A stretch of DNA of 64,000 nucleotides from an uncultured virus (IMG/VR IMGVR_UViG_3300003267_000135) (IMGVR_UViG_3300003267_000135:1-64000), one strand, 5' to 3'; positions 26,291 to 36,723 are shown, counted from the stretch's first letter. The notes: generated by a model not told the origin, from the letters alone. Made by a program: numbers and translations.

Positions 26291-26706
26291 TCACGCTTTC
26301 CGACATCGAAGTATTTGCCGTGGTATGCGCGCGAAATGATGGGCGCTTGTTGGCGATCAGCGTCACGGACGATGATCGAGTGACATTCGTTTTCACAACC
26401 GGCGAGCTTTGGGGCAAAGCACGAAAGGCGCTGGTCATCTGTGGCGTGGTTTTCAGTGTTATTTCGTTGGGATTCATTATACCGGCAATCCACACGATAA
26501 CTCCGATCTTTGATGTTTTCGGATGGCTGGCGACGGTGTTGATGTGGATGTGCATTGGGTGCCACTACTACCTCACGAAATACCAGCAGCCAAAAACGGC
26601 TGATGAAATTCGCGAAGAGTGGGTGCGGGAATTGCGCGCCTATCACGAGGGGGACGTAGGTGTTCATTGCGAGGACGGTGTTGTTTTTATTGCCCGCAAA
26701 TCGTGA
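26287..26706 (+). CDS. Two-TM membrane protein
   Basis: Two hydrophobic stretches; ATGA-coupled. Confidence 0.55.
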   Translation: MITLSDIEVFAVVCARNDGRLLAISVTDDDRVTFVFTTGELWGKARKALVICGVVFSVISLGFIIPAIHTITPIFDVFGWLATVLMWMCIGCHYYLTKYQQPKTADEIREEWVRELRAYHEGDVGVHCEDGVVFIARKS

Positions 26707-27215
26707 GCAAGTTCCCATTTCCAACCGATCACGAGTTCGCGGCAATGACCGCTGATGAGTTCGTCGCATTTTGGGACGCGTTTGAAAAACTCGGCATCGC
26801 GCAAACCGAGCCGTTCGTGGGTCGGTGGTATATTTCGCGAAACGACATTCGCGACATCAACACGCTGAAGCGCGCTGGATGGACGCCTGAGTTTCCGTCA
26901 AAGATGCCGCAGCCGATGTCGTGGTATTGGCGGCGCGCATTGAGGCCGGGAACGCGCGACAAAAAGGGAAAACGATTTCTGTCCACGAGTCAGGCGCTCT
27001 CAGATTTGCGCAGACAGCAAGCGGCGCGGGCGGACGTGCCAATAACGCAATGGACGGTGGAGTTGACGATCGCGGGCGAAAAGCACCGCGGCAGTTTGCC
27101 AGCAAAAGGATTTCTCAACGCGCAGCAATTGGCCGACTCCATCGGCGCAAAGGTGATTGACAACGAGAGCGCGTCGCCCACGTTCCTCGCCATCCCCTCG
27201 ATGGGGAAAAGTTGA
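26703..27215 (+). CDS. Hypothetical protein
   Basis: GTGA-coupled start MSKFPF. Confidence 0.55.
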   Translation: MSKFPFPTDHEFAAMTADEFVAFWDAFEKLGIAQTEPFVGRWYISRNDIRDINTLKRAGWTPEFPSKMPQPMSWYWRRALRPGTRDKKGKRFLSTSQALSDLRRQQAARADVPITQWTVELTIAGEKHRGSLPAKGFLNAQQLADSIGAKVIDNESASPTFLAIPSMGKS

Positions 27216-27235
27216 AGCTGGCTGCGCCGCCGCCG

Positions 27236-27448
27236 TTAATTCGACGGCGGCGTTTGCTTTCGGACCATGCGACGCAGCTTGCGTTCGATGATAGGGAGTC
27301 GCCGCAGGGCAAAGTCGTCCCCGTCTCGCGCCAAGTGGGCCATGCCAGTGTAAATCGAAACCGCGTTGCGAATATCGTGTGAACGCTCGGGGGTGATCGA
27401 AGCCATCAATGATTTCACGAGCGGGCCGTCGTAGTAGATTTCAGGCAT
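27236..27448 (-). CDS. Small protein with HisKA/H-box-like helix
   Basis: SHDIRNAVSIYTGMAHL. Confidence 0.45.
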   Translation of the reverse strand: MPEIYYDGPLVKSLMASITPERSHDIRNAVSIYTGMAHLARDGDDFALRRLPIIERKLRRMVRKQTPPSN

Positions 27449-27560
27449 ATTCGTCCGCAGACCATAGCCGCTAACGGGCACATTGTCACCGGGGCCGATT
27501 CCTTGCGATTTGGCGGGCGATCTCCCGGTCGCAGCCATCAGGACACTTACCGACCAAATA

Positions 27561-27764
27561 TCAGGGCGCGTTGGCGGCGCGATGGCCCAAGGCAACGGCA
27601 GTCTGGAGATCAACCAGCGAGATCGTGCCCCATCCGTCGCATATTTCAATGAACGGAGCGTTACACATGAGCACGTTTTCACGCTCTCGCGCCTGCCGGT
27701 AAACCTCGGCAATCGAGGCGTCGGACGAAACCTGTTGGCCGATGTTATCCGGAATCCCGCTCAT
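27561..27764 (-). CDS. Hypothetical protein
   Basis: ATGA-coupled, MSGIPD. Confidence 0.45.
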   Translation of the reverse strand: MSGIPDNIGQQVSSDASIAEVYRQARERENVLMCNAPFIEICDGWGTISLVDLQTAVALGHRAANAP

Positions 27765-28009
27765 TTTGACGCCGCCTGCACAACCGCTTTCGCCAGCTTG
27801 TCCAAAAACTCGTTCCCGGCGCGGATGATTTCGCTTTTCAACTGCGGCTGCGCGTCGGCCATATTCTGCATATCCACTCCCACAATACGCACAGCCTGAT
27901 CGATGTTCTTCACGCGAAGCAACTCCTCGCGCGCCAGCCTCGACCAACGCGTGCGCCATTCCAAACGGCGAGCTTCGGCGGCGGCTTTCCGGTCGGCTCT
28001 TGCGCTCAT
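27761..28009 (-). CDS. Hypothetical protein
   Basis: MSARAD; downstream of motif copy 5. Confidence 0.55.
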   Translation of the reverse strand: MSARADRKAAAEARRLEWRTRWSRLAREELLRVKNIDQAVRIVGVDMQNMADAQPQLKSEIIRAGNEFLDKLAKAVVQAASK

Positions 28010-28038
28010 GCAAAGCCACTTCTCCAACCAACACGCAC

Positions 28039-28056
28039 CTTGCGTCAAGCAAAAGT
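28039..28056 (-). promoter_or_regulatory. Repeated 18-bp motif, copy 5
   Basis: Exact copy in the divergent region beside the XRE gene. Confidence 0.75.
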
Positions 28057-28098
28057 AAGGCTTGACCCGTCGGCGAAGCGCATACATTTCGCCAATCC

Positions 28099-28326
28099 AT
28101 GCCCAATAGCGGTCACACCGTCAAAGAACTGCCTCACGTCGGAAAACGCATCGCACAACGGCGCGAACAATTGAGGATGACCAAGACCGAGGCCGCAAAA
28201 GCGGTCGGCATGTCGCTAGGTGGTTATGCCAACATCGAAGCCGCGAAATATCTCCCCGGACTTCCGCTTTACCGCAACATTTGCAGGGTCCTGAAAGTCT
28301 CACCCGGCAAGTTGCTGGAGAAATGA
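28099..28326 (+). CDS. XRE/Cro-family HTH transcriptional regulator
   Basis: GKRI..RRE.L.MT..E.AKAVGMS...YANIE.....P.L.....I..VLKVS...LL. Confidence 0.88.
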   Translation: MPNSGHTVKELPHVGKRIAQRREQLRMTKTEAAKAVGMSLGGYANIEAAKYLPGLPLYRNICRVLKVSPGKLLEK

Positions 28327-28481
28327 AAACGCACGCGATGATCGGCGCGCACAAGCGAATCGTTCCCGGTGGGTTCCTGATTCGGCGTAAGCGCAAGATT
28401 CCATCGCCGAAGGAAGTCGCGGCGGCGGCAACACGGTTTCTCGCGTCACGCATCGCGCGAGGCAAAGAGGTTCACCCATGA
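28323..28481 (+). CDS. Small basic hypothetical protein
   Basis: ATGA-coupled. Confidence 0.45.
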   Translation: MKTHAMIGAHKRIVPGGFLIRRKRKIPSPKEVAAAATRFLASRIARGKEVHP

Positions 28482-28786
28482 AAAACGAAATGCCCGCACA
28501 GCCGTCCGAGCTGCGCCAATATCTCGACGTTCTCGGCACGCAGTTCGACGCGGACAACGCGGATCGAGACGTGGTGTTCAAAACCTGCCAACTCATCGCC
28601 ATGTGGGCGGCAGACGAAAAGAAGGAGATGCCGGATGACGTTTTTCCCGCGGGCATGAACAAGCGTGTTGCCCGGCTCATGCTTAGTTCGGCCTGTGTCA
28701 TGGCGGTGCGGATAGCGTCAGCTCCACAAGTTCCGCCGCAGGGGAAAGGGCCGCGGGTTCTTGGCGCAAACGGCAGGCCGGCGTGA
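28478..28786 (+). CDS. Hypothetical protein
   Basis: ATGA-coupled. Confidence 0.6.
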   Translation: MKNEMPAQPSELRQYLDVLGTQFDADNADRDVVFKTCQLIAMWAADEKKEMPDDVFPAGMNKRVARLMLSSACVMAVRIASAPQVPPQGKGPRVLGANGRPA

Positions 28787-28957
28787 TTCCCGAAAACCTG
28801 ACCGCGCGCGAGGTGTTGTGTTGGATCGATGCGGTGNNCCGTCGGCTACGCGCGCATGAGCCTGCATCGCAAACTTGGATGCGGCCCGATGCGGGGAACG
28901 GGAAATGTTGCTTCCCTTGTCAGAGCCGCCTACGCGGTGATTCGTGACCGCTTGTAG
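28783..28957 (+). CDS. Stand-alone LuxR/GerE-type HTH protein, interrupted by an nn gap
   Basis: MIPENLTAREVL before the gap; VGYARMSLHRKLG..NVASLVRAA after it; GTGA-coupled start. Confidence 0.55.
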
Positions 28958-29404
28958 GCTGGTCCCATTTTGCGCGGAGGCTCGGTAATTGCGCGAACCG
29001 GATTCCACCCGCGCTTAAGGCGCATTAGTATGGTGACGCGAGGAACGTTAGTTATTTTGGACCAATGTGCGACGCACTTCGTTTGACCGCGATAGGTGAT
29101 GAATCTTGTTATCGATCGATTAACGGCCTGTTGAGTAGTAGTGCCCCAATAGCAGTTTTGCTTGGAATAATTCCCGTTGTTATCCCTGCGCTCAATCGTG
29201 AGACGACAATTCCATGACCGAATCATGTCACAGAAAAATTCGATGAACGATGAGTTCCATGGCTCTTCTACAACAATACCGCGTCCCGCATATCTGCGAT
29301 GAAGCCCGGCAGCGATCTTTCATCCCGCACCAAATTTTGTAAAGCGGATGCTTTGAAAGTGCGTGCGTTCTGCGACCTGAACCCCTATCTCCGGTTTTAG
29401 CCAT
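28930..29404 (-). pseudogene. Frameshifted HNH homing endonuclease
   Basis: MAKT..HPLYKIWCGMKDRC in one frame; RYAGRGIVV..W..F..F..DM..TIER.DNNGNY..NC.W in the +1 frame; length 475 = 3n+1; shift near 29306. Confidence 0.72.
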
Positions 29405-29504
29405 GACGAATCAATCTTTCGTTTATTGGTCAGGGTCATTTGGCAGCGACAACTGCCCTATGGCCCGCTCCTCTTTTATCTCCTGATTGCCACGTCTTCA
29501 GTCA

Positions 29505-31475
29505 ATGACAGAAGCCGACTGCCTCAAGCTGGTTCATATTCACGCGCACCTCGATGCGGCGCGAGACAACGGACCGACCGATCGCCTAATTTCCGGAGTA
29601 AACGCAATGGGGGAATATGCAGGGTTCCCCGAATTTTTAGCGGCAAACAAAGAAAAAGTTCCGGCCCAACCGTGGCGGCGTCGCGAGTTATACGCCATAG
29701 CCTTTTTGTTTTTGATGCACCTGCTTTATAAGCGGGATTACGAGGCTGCTGCCACGGTGATTTGGGGGCCTGAGACATTCACGGTTAAACCGAAGTTTGT
29801 TCAGTTGATTTGGAATGCCCTATCCAAGCACAGGCTCATAAACATCCTCGGGTGCAGTTCTGGCGGTAAGACCTATTCCGCCGCAGCGCGATTTCTTTTA
29901 GAGTGGGTGTTAGACGTGGATCACACCCTCGTTAGGTTAATGTCCACCAAAGAGGACCACTGCCGAAAGAATCTTTTTGCCGACATGCAACGGCTTTACA
30001 TGGGCAGCGCGATCCCACTCCCCGGAAAGGCCGAGGCCGATTGTATCGCGACCGAATCGGGAAAACGAACCGGCCAAGGCATATTTATGATCGTGATACC
30101 CCGGGGACCCGATGCGGGCGGCACGATCAAGGGCAGCAAGGTTAAAGCGGTCCCAAGGCATCCTATTTTTGGGACAAGTAGCCGAACATTTCTCTTGATC
30201 GACGAGGCACAGGAGGTTCCCGAGAATGCGTTTTCCGAGATCGGAAACCTCTTTAGCTCAATGGAAGAGGGAGACGTTGAGCACACAAAAATTGTGATGG
30301 CTGCAAATCCCAAGGAAGTTCTTAGCGAATACGGCAAACGCTGTGAGCCGGTTCAAGGTTGGGCCGAGGTGCAAACGCGCGAATCGTCAATTGACGAGTG
30401 GGAGTCCACCTACGGCTGGCACTGTGTTAGGCTGAACGCTTGGAAGTGTGAGAACGTCGTTCAGAATAGAACGGTTTTCCCGCGCTTCATCACGGCCAAC
30501 GGCGTTCGGATGAAGATTAAGGATGTTGGTGGAGACCCAGATCACCCGCTCATTTGGAGTGAGGTGGCGGGCATGTTTCCGCCGTCAGGAACCATGTCGG
30601 CGATCATTCAAAAGCATTGGGTGGATCGCGCTCGCCGGGAATGGATTTTCGAGTCGGCTACGCAAACTGTCGCCGCTGAGGACGTGGCCTTGAGCGGCGA
30701 CTTGCCGACGCTTAGTTGTGGACGGATCGGCAAAGCTGTTGCATGGCGCGACTACGAGGGCACGCGACACGAACTGCCTGAGCCGCGGTGGGCACTCCAA
30801 GCCGATGTTGTCGGCTTGTTGCCAAGGACGAACGACTCGCAGGTTTTGGCTGATGAAACGATGGAGCGACTTCAACCGCTCGGCGTGAAACCGGAACTAT
30901 TCGGCATAGACCGCACTGGCGTTGGTCAAGGAACGCACGACATCATCCGCCACCAGTGGAAACATAAGGTCGATTCGTCGCAGCCAAGCCCGGTCACAAT
31001 TCACGGCATTCATTGGGGCGAGAAGCCGACACTGATTCCAATATGCGCCGAGGACACCAAGACGCCGCAACAGCTCTATTCCGACATCATCGCCGAAATG
31101 TGGTATGCGACCGCCAAGTTTTTTGAATACGAGTTCATCGCGATCGGCAAAGGCGTGGACGATTTCACGGTTTCGGAACTAGTGAACCGCTTGGGCGGTA
31201 GTCCGGTCGGCAAAGAGAAAAAGCAAGCCGTCGAGTCGAAGGATATTTTCAAACTGCGGAACAACGGAAAGTCCTGCGACCGCGCCGACGCATTTGTGCA
31301 GATGGTTCAGGTAGCGAGAACCGCCGTCAAAGAGCTTCGGCCCAAAGCGCCGGACACGAAAATTGAGAAAACACCACGCGAGCGCCCGCCAATGCAGGGC
31401 GGATTAGTCTTTGCCGACGTGGCTGGATTCGACTCGATGGCTCCCGCGTTTGAGTTGACCGGATCGGCTGATTGA
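29505..31475 (+). CDS. terL: Terminase large subunit
   Basis: GCSSGGKT Walker A, LLIDEAQE Walker B, AANP motif III; nuclease acidic residues EDVA, IDRTGVG, DRADA. Confidence 0.85.
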   Translation: MTEADCLKLVHIHAHLDAARDNGPTDRLISGVNAMGEYAGFPEFLAANKEKVPAQPWRRRELYAIAFLFLMHLLYKRDYEAAATVIWGPETFTVKPKFVQLIWNALSKHRLINILGCSSGGKTYSAAARFLLEWVLDVDHTLVRLMSTKEDHCRKNLFADMQRLYMGSAIPLPGKAEADCIATESGKRTGQGIFMIVIPRGPDAGGTIKGSKVKAVPRHPIFGTSSRTFLLIDEAQEVPENAFSEIGNLFSSMEEGDVEHTKIVMAANPKEVLSEYGKRCEPVQGWAEVQTRESSIDEWESTYGWHCVRLNAWKCENVVQNRTVFPRFITANGVRMKIKDVGGDPDHPLIWSEVAGMFPPSGTMSAIIQKHWVDRARREWIFESATQTVAAEDVALSGDLPTLSCGRIGKAVAWRDYEGTRHELPEPRWALQADVVGLLPRTNDSQVLADETMERLQPLGVKPELFGIDRTGVGQGTHDIIRHQWKHKVDSSQPSPVTIHGIHWGEKPTLIPICAEDTKTPQQLYSDIIAEMWYATAKFFEYEFIAIGKGVDDFTVSELVNRLGGSPVGKEKKQAVESKDIFKLRNNGKSCDRADAFVQMVQVARTAVKELRPKAPDTKIEKTPRERPPMQGGLVFADVAGFDSMAPAFELTGSAD

Positions 31476-31491
31476 TCTCACAAAGTCGCGC

Positions 31492-32097
31492 ATGAAGTTG
31501 AACCGAGGCCGGAAACCACCGAGCGACGACGGCAGCGGCATGTGGTTTTTTCCGGTCACGCCGACGACAACGCTGCGCGCACCGACCGAGCAGCAGTTGA
31601 TTCAGATGGTGTTTGAATTTCGGCTGCGGAACGGACTACCGAGCGGCGACATTGAGCGAGAAATCGACGAGGTGTATTGTTCGCGCTGGCCGGACGCGTG
31701 CATTTCCGAGCCGTCCGACACCGCGCCCGGTGGTCCTCGCGCACCCCATGCCGAAAAATTGCTGGACCGCATCACGCGATGGGTGACGACACTCGCCCGC
31801 GCGATGCCCCGCGGAGGATATGCACTCGCGGACAAGGACACCGCGGAGAAGCGCGCTGCGGCCTGTCACGGATGCCCGAACAACAAGAGTTGGCGCGGAG
31901 GGTGCGCCGGATGCACCACGTCGGTTGCCACAATGCTTCTTTCGCTGCGCCAGATGAGAAAGACGACTCGCGACGGAAATTTGCTCGGATGCTCCGAAAT
32001 TGGGTGGGACAACCAAACCGCCGCGCATCTGCCGAAGCCCGAGATCACCGACGAGCAAAACGCGCGATTGCCGGCGCGGTGCTGGCTCAAGCAATGA
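31492..32097 (+). CDS. Cys-rich hypothetical protein
   Basis: RAAACHGCP.N, CAGC, P..CW. Confidence 0.65.
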   Translation: MKLNRGRKPPSDDGSGMWFFPVTPTTTLRAPTEQQLIQMVFEFRLRNGLPSGDIEREIDEVYCSRWPDACISEPSDTAPGGPRAPHAEKLLDRITRWVTTLARAMPRGGYALADKDTAEKRAAACHGCPNNKSWRGGCAGCTTSVATMLLSLRQMRKTTRDGNLLGCSEIGWDNQTAAHLPKPEITDEQNARLPARCWLKQ

Positions 32098-32339
32098 CGC
32101 TCACCCAGCACAATATGTTTGGTTTCGGCGAGGAGGAGCCGCCCAAGGCCAATGCAAACACCGCAGCCGAGCTGAAGCTGATCCCGTGGGTGAACCGATG
32201 GACGCAATCTCCTCACTTCAGCCGGTTTTCCAGATCGGGAAAGCAGCTCATGGCCGAATTTCATAACCGCGAATTTTGGGTTGTGGGCCACATGAGCGAG
32301 CCCCTGTTGGAATTGCCCGAATGGGTGTCACCGCGGTGA
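32094..32339 (+). CDS. Hypothetical protein
   Basis: ATGA-coupled MTLTQH. Confidence 0.5.
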   Translation: MTLTQHNMFGFGEEEPPKANANTAAELKLIPWVNRWTQSPHFSRFSRSGKQLMAEFHNREFWVVGHMSEPLLELPEWVSPR

Positions 32340-32599
32340 TCCTGTCTTGGCGCAGTCCATTTCGCTTCGCCCGTGCCATGTGGCACGCGTGGGTTTACCT
32401 GTGGAATGGGTTGCCAGTGATCGCACCGAAGGCCATCATCGATCACCGCGTCGCAATCTGTGGAAAGTGTCGGTTCAAAGATGGTCACTTTTGCCGCAAA
32501 TGTTCGTGTTACATTGAGGCAAAAGCCTGCCTCGCGTCTGAGGAATGCCCCGATGGCAGATGGGCAAAATGCTTCACGTCGCGTCGGGGAAAAACTTGA
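32336..32599 (+). CDS. Small zinc-finger protein
   Basis: R..ICGKC..C.KC.C...AK..L..E.CP.G.W. Confidence 0.65.
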   Translation: MILSWRSPFRFARAMWHAWVYLWNGLPVIAPKAIIDHRVAICGKCRFKDGHFCRKCSCYIEAKACLASEECPDGRWAKCFTSRRGKT

Positions 32600-32637
32600 C
32601 GGGGACCATAAGGGAACGCATTGGCAAGAATCTGCCA

Positions 32638-34911
32638 ATGGAAACGGCAATTGATTCCCCCCAGACGGACAGCAGCGTAGCAACTCAATCGGACGCACTG
32701 CCGACGACGGGCCAAGCGACCATTGATGCACCGGCAACCAATCAAGCCGGAACCGAGTTGAAGCTGGAGGCGCGATCGGTGAAGTCGATTGCCCACGCCA
32801 ACAACATTTGCAAAGCGACCGAGCAAAACAACCGGACGCGTGCGGCGCGCACCGCGGACATTCAGGCGCTCCACGATGGGCAACCCCCGCACAGTGCAGC
32901 CGGACAACTCGAAAAGGCTAAATCGTGGCAGTCGAACGCGAGCACAAATTGGCTCGCCGGAATTGTTGGTCGTGTCGCACAACGGTTTGTTAGCGCGATC
33001 ATCTCGCAAACATACGCGACGAACAGTGCGCTTCCCGACAATCTGCCGGACGCCAAGACCAAAACCGATTTTTTGCGGATGAAATTCACCCAACTCGTGC
33101 GTAGTTGGGATGGTGATACAGGGTTCATCAACGCGGAATGCACCGAGACGACGTTGCAGGGCTATTGCTACGCCGTGTTTCTCGATCCCTATACGTGGAA
33201 ACCCACGTTCTTTAAGCAGGACCGGGCATTTGTGCCCGAGATGAGCGGGCAGCACGCGCGCGATCTGCAATTCTTCGTCGCAAAGATGGATTATCGCTTG
33301 GACGAGTTTATCGCGCTATTCCGCGACGAAGATGCCGCAAAAGAAGTCGGCTACGACATCGACAACTGCGTGTATGCCGCCAATCACGCGACGATGGCGG
33401 ACCCGCGCGAGGACGCGACTACGACGCAATTCCGCAAGTTCGTGGAGATGATCAACGAGGGGTCGATTGGCCTCAGCTTCACGAACACCGGAGCCCGCAT
33501 CGTCCCCTGCTGGCTGTTGTTCAATCGCGAGTATGACGGCCAAGTGAGCTTTTGGCTGATCGGACGCGACAGCGGCAAGCAACTGCGCTTTTCGTTCAAG
33601 CTGTTCCCTTCAATGCAGGACGCGATTGCGATGTTCAGCTTTGAGCCCGGCAACGGCTGCATTCACTCCTCGAAAGGTCTTGGCCGGAAGCTCGCCAATC
33701 TGGCGGTGATGAAGGAGCTTTTCCGGAACAGCATTATCGACAACGCGCGGATCAGCGGACTGACGATTATTCGGGCCGACGCCGCCGACAAGTCGAAGTT
33801 TGCGCCCGCCATCGTGGCCCCGTTCGTCATCGTCGATAAGAGCGTGGAGATTCCGCAGCAGCAGTTTTCGGCCAACGGCGAAACCTACAAAGTGATCGAT
33901 TCGATGATCGACGCTTGGGCGGAACAAGCCGTTGGCGCGTATATCACGCAGCAGATCGATGACTCGGGAAAGACGGAGAAGACCGCGACCGAGGCGACGA
34001 TCGACGCCAAGCGGGAAACCGAAGCCGCCGACATTCAAATCCGCCGCCAGTTGGATCAGTTCTCCAACATGCGTCAGATTCAGCAAAAGCGCACCTACTC
34101 CGACGACAACATTGCCGAGGCCAAAACCATTTTCGACGCGATTGTTGCTGGCGCGGCCAACGAGGACGCGATTTACGACGGGAAGCAGACTGATTCGGTA
34201 ACGCTTCGGAACATCGTCGAAATCCTTGAATTTGGCGTGAAGCCGGAAGAGTTGAAGTTGTGGCGCGCGTCGCCGTGCAGCCCGTATGCTCACGTGACCG
34301 ACGCCGCGGTTCAGCACGGTCTTTCCGCGGTTGCCACGAAATACACCGGGAATCCGAACATCGATCAGGCGGAGTTGGTTTTTCGGGATGTGGAAGCGAT
34401 GGCCGGCGCAGACCTCGCAAAGAAACTTTTCATTCCCACCGCAGATCAGACGGTTTTGGCGGAAGCGGAGCGGCAGCAGCAAATGGAATCGATCGCGATG
34501 TCCACGAGTAATCTGCCACTGCCGGTGAGCCCGCGCGACAATCACATTGTCCACGGGCAAACCATTCAAAAGATGCTCACGACGATCGCGGCCCCGTTGC
34601 TCGCGAAAACCGACACGAGCGAAGCCACGTCCAAGATTGCCGAGTTGAACCTGAATCATCTCGGCGAGCATTTGCAGATGGCGGCGGCAACCGATCTGCG
34701 AAAGACGCCGCAGTTCAAGGAACTCGAAAAGTTCTACGAAGGGTTCAAGAATCAGCTCGCGCAAGTCGTGCAGATCAATGCGGAGGCGAAGGTCGCAACG
34801 GATGCCGTGACGAGCCAGATTCGCAACGAAGGCATTGCATCGCCCGCTGCACCCGCCAGCACGTTAGACGAAAGCGCCGCCGCCCCGGCTGGTTCGCCCG
34901 TCGCCGTCTGA
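32638..34911 (+). CDS. Putative portal protein
   Basis: About 757 aa between TerL and scaffold; KTATEA motif typical of podophage portals. Confidence 0.7.
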   Translation: METAIDSPQTDSSVATQSDALPTTGQATIDAPATNQAGTELKLEARSVKSIAHANNICKATEQNNRTRAARTADIQALHDGQPPHSAAGQLEKAKSWQSNASTNWLAGIVGRVAQRFVSAIISQTYATNSALPDNLPDAKTKTDFLRMKFTQLVRSWDGDTGFINAECTETTLQGYCYAVFLDPYTWKPTFFKQDRAFVPEMSGQHARDLQFFVAKMDYRLDEFIALFRDEDAAKEVGYDIDNCVYAANHATMADPREDATTTQFRKFVEMINEGSIGLSFTNTGARIVPCWLLFNREYDGQVSFWLIGRDSGKQLRFSFKLFPSMQDAIAMFSFEPGNGCIHSSKGLGRKLANLAVMKELFRNSIIDNARISGLTIIRADAADKSKFAPAIVAPFVIVDKSVEIPQQQFSANGETYKVIDSMIDAWAEQAVGAYITQQIDDSGKTEKTATEATIDAKRETEAADIQIRRQLDQFSNMRQIQQKRTYSDDNIAEAKTIFDAIVAGAANEDAIYDGKQTDSVTLRNIVEILEFGVKPEELKLWRASPCSPYAHVTDAAVQHGLSAVATKYTGNPNIDQAELVFRDVEAMAGADLAKKLFIPTADQTVLAEAERQQQMESIAMSTSNLPLPVSPRDNHIVHGQTIQKMLTTIAAPLLAKTDTSEATSKIAELNLNHLGEHLQMAAATDLRKTPQFKELEKFYEGFKNQLAQVVQINAEAKVATDAVTSQIRNEGIASPAAPASTLDESAAAPAGSPVAV

Positions 34912-34916
34912 CCCAT

Positions 34917-35189
34917 ATGAGCGAGCAGCGTTTTATTGCGAAGGATCATCTTGCGCCCGCGCTGGCGTTCATTCGCAGCCCGCTTTGGGCCGACATGAAA
35001 CGAGCGGCGATGCAACGACGGCCCGTTGCCGCCGATCCGTCACAGCCGCCGCACGAAGCCGCTGCACGAGGTTTTCAACGCGACGCGTGGGAAAGGGCAT
35101 TCGACGAACTGGAAAAGTTGCCCTTTGAGCAACCCGAGAAACAGACCGATCCCTATGATCGCCCGGCTGTGACGAACACCGCCGACTGA
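34917..35189 (+). CDS. Hypothetical protein (portal-scaffold interval)
   Basis: Position and coding-like composition. Confidence 0.65.
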   Translation: MSEQRFIAKDHLAPALAFIRSPLWADMKRAAMQRRPVAADPSQPPHEAAARGFQRDAWERAFDELEKLPFEQPEKQTDPYDRPAVTNTAD

Positions 35190-35200
35190 GTAATTTTTCG

Positions 35201-36718
35201 ATGAATACTGCCGTAACAAAAGAGCCATTCTCCTTGGCGGGAATGGGGGACATGCTGCGCGAGACCAATGCTGATCTCGCTGCCAAAACTGGCGTTGATG
35301 AAGTTGAGCCGCCGAAGCCCGAACCGTCGCCGGACCCGGCTGATCACAAGCAGGAAGAAGATGGGACGCCAAGCGCGGACCCGAATGCCGCGTCAGCAGC
35401 GGACGGCAAAGCCGACGACGGCACGCCAACAGCCGACGAGTTGGAGACCGAACAGAAGCGCCAGCAGGAAGCGGACACCGCCGCCGCAGACCAAAAGAAA
35501 AAGGACGAGGACGCCGCCGCCGCAGCGAAGGCCAAGGAAGACGCGGCCAAGAAAGCTGGCGACGCCGCCGCAGGCAAACAGGACGATCCGCGCGACAAGC
35601 GGGACAGCGACCTGAACGTCAATCTGTCGCCGCACACGCATCCGAAAACGCGGCAGATCATCACGAGTTTCAAGGAGAACGCCCGCAAGGCGCGCGACGA
35701 GCGGGACGCCATCGCCCGCGAACGCGACGAGATCAAGCAACAGCTCGCCGCCGCCGCCGAAAAAGCCAAGGGCGTCGCACTGCCCAAGGAAACCGAGGAA
35801 GAGTTGAAGACCTTGCGTGAGCGGGTGCGCGAACTCGACATCAGCAAAGACCCGCAGATCGAGGCGAAATACGACAAGCCGATCGCCGCGAACAATAAAT
35901 CCGTCGTCGATTTGTTGAAGGGTTTCGGCGCGGATCAGATTGTCGATCCCAAGGACGACAAAAAGACGATCGCCGACCCGCGTTTTGAAGCCAACTTGCT
36001 GCGCTCGGGATTATCGCTGAAGACGCTGCAACCGTTCATCGAAAAGCTGGACAAGGCTGGCTACGTCGATGAAGCCGAACAACTGCGCGAGGCGATTCGC
36101 GAAAACGGTCGTCTGGCGAAAGCCAAGCAGCAGGAGATCGACGCGTGGAAAGGTGACTACGAAAACCGCGTCAAGACCCGCACGGCGCAATCTCAGCAAC
36201 AGACGGAGCAGGAGCAACAGGCGTTGCAGCAGGCCACGGACGCCACGCTCAAAGCTGAAATCGCTGAACTCTCCAAGGCGCTGCCATTCCTCAACGCGCC
36301 GCCTGCACCGCAAGCGAACGACTCCGAGCCGGTGCGGAAGGCGAAGCAGGCCGCGCTGGACGAATACAACGCCGCCGGGCAGCAAGTCGCCGAGGCGATG
36401 AAGGCATTCGGTGGTGCCAAAACCCCGGAAGAGGCGCGCACCGCAAACGCCAAGTTTGGTGCGGCGGCGGTCATGGGATTGATCCTGCGCCAGCACGCAT
36501 TGCCACGGCTGCAAAAAGAAGTCGCGGCCAAGGACGCGCGGATCAAAGAACTCGAAACGCAGCTTGGAAAAATCAAGGGCGCGACGAATCTTTCGCGCCA
36601 GCACGCGACGCTTGCAAGTCAGCCAAATGGGCAACAGCCGGAAATCCCGGCGAATGCGGCCACGACGGACGCCTTTGCCGCGTTTGCCAAGGCCAACGGC
36701 GTCAACATCGGCTCGTAG
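35201..36718 (+). CDS. Putative capsid scaffolding protein
   Basis: Acidic, Ala/Lys/Glu-rich coiled coil with disordered N-terminus, downstream of portal. Confidence 0.65.
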   Translation: MNTAVTKEPFSLAGMGDMLRETNADLAAKTGVDEVEPPKPEPSPDPADHKQEEDGTPSADPNAASAADGKADDGTPTADELETEQKRQQEADTAAADQKKKDEDAAAAAKAKEDAAKKAGDAAAGKQDDPRDKRDSDLNVNLSPHTHPKTRQIITSFKENARKARDERDAIARERDEIKQQLAAAAEKAKGVALPKETEEELKTLRERVRELDISKDPQIEAKYDKPIAANNKSVVDLLKGFGADQIVDPKDDKKTIADPRFEANLLRSGLSLKTLQPFIEKLDKAGYVDEAEQLREAIRENGRLAKAKQQEIDAWKGDYENRVKTRTAQSQQQTEQEQQALQQATDATLKAEIAELSKALPFLNAPPAPQANDSEPVRKAKQAALDEYNAAGQQVAEAMKAFGGAKTPEEARTANAKFGAAAVMGLILRQHALPRLQKEVAAKDARIKELETQLGKIKGATNLSRQHATLASQPNGQQPEIPANAATTDAFAAFAKANGVNIGS

Positions 36719-36723
36719 GCCCA

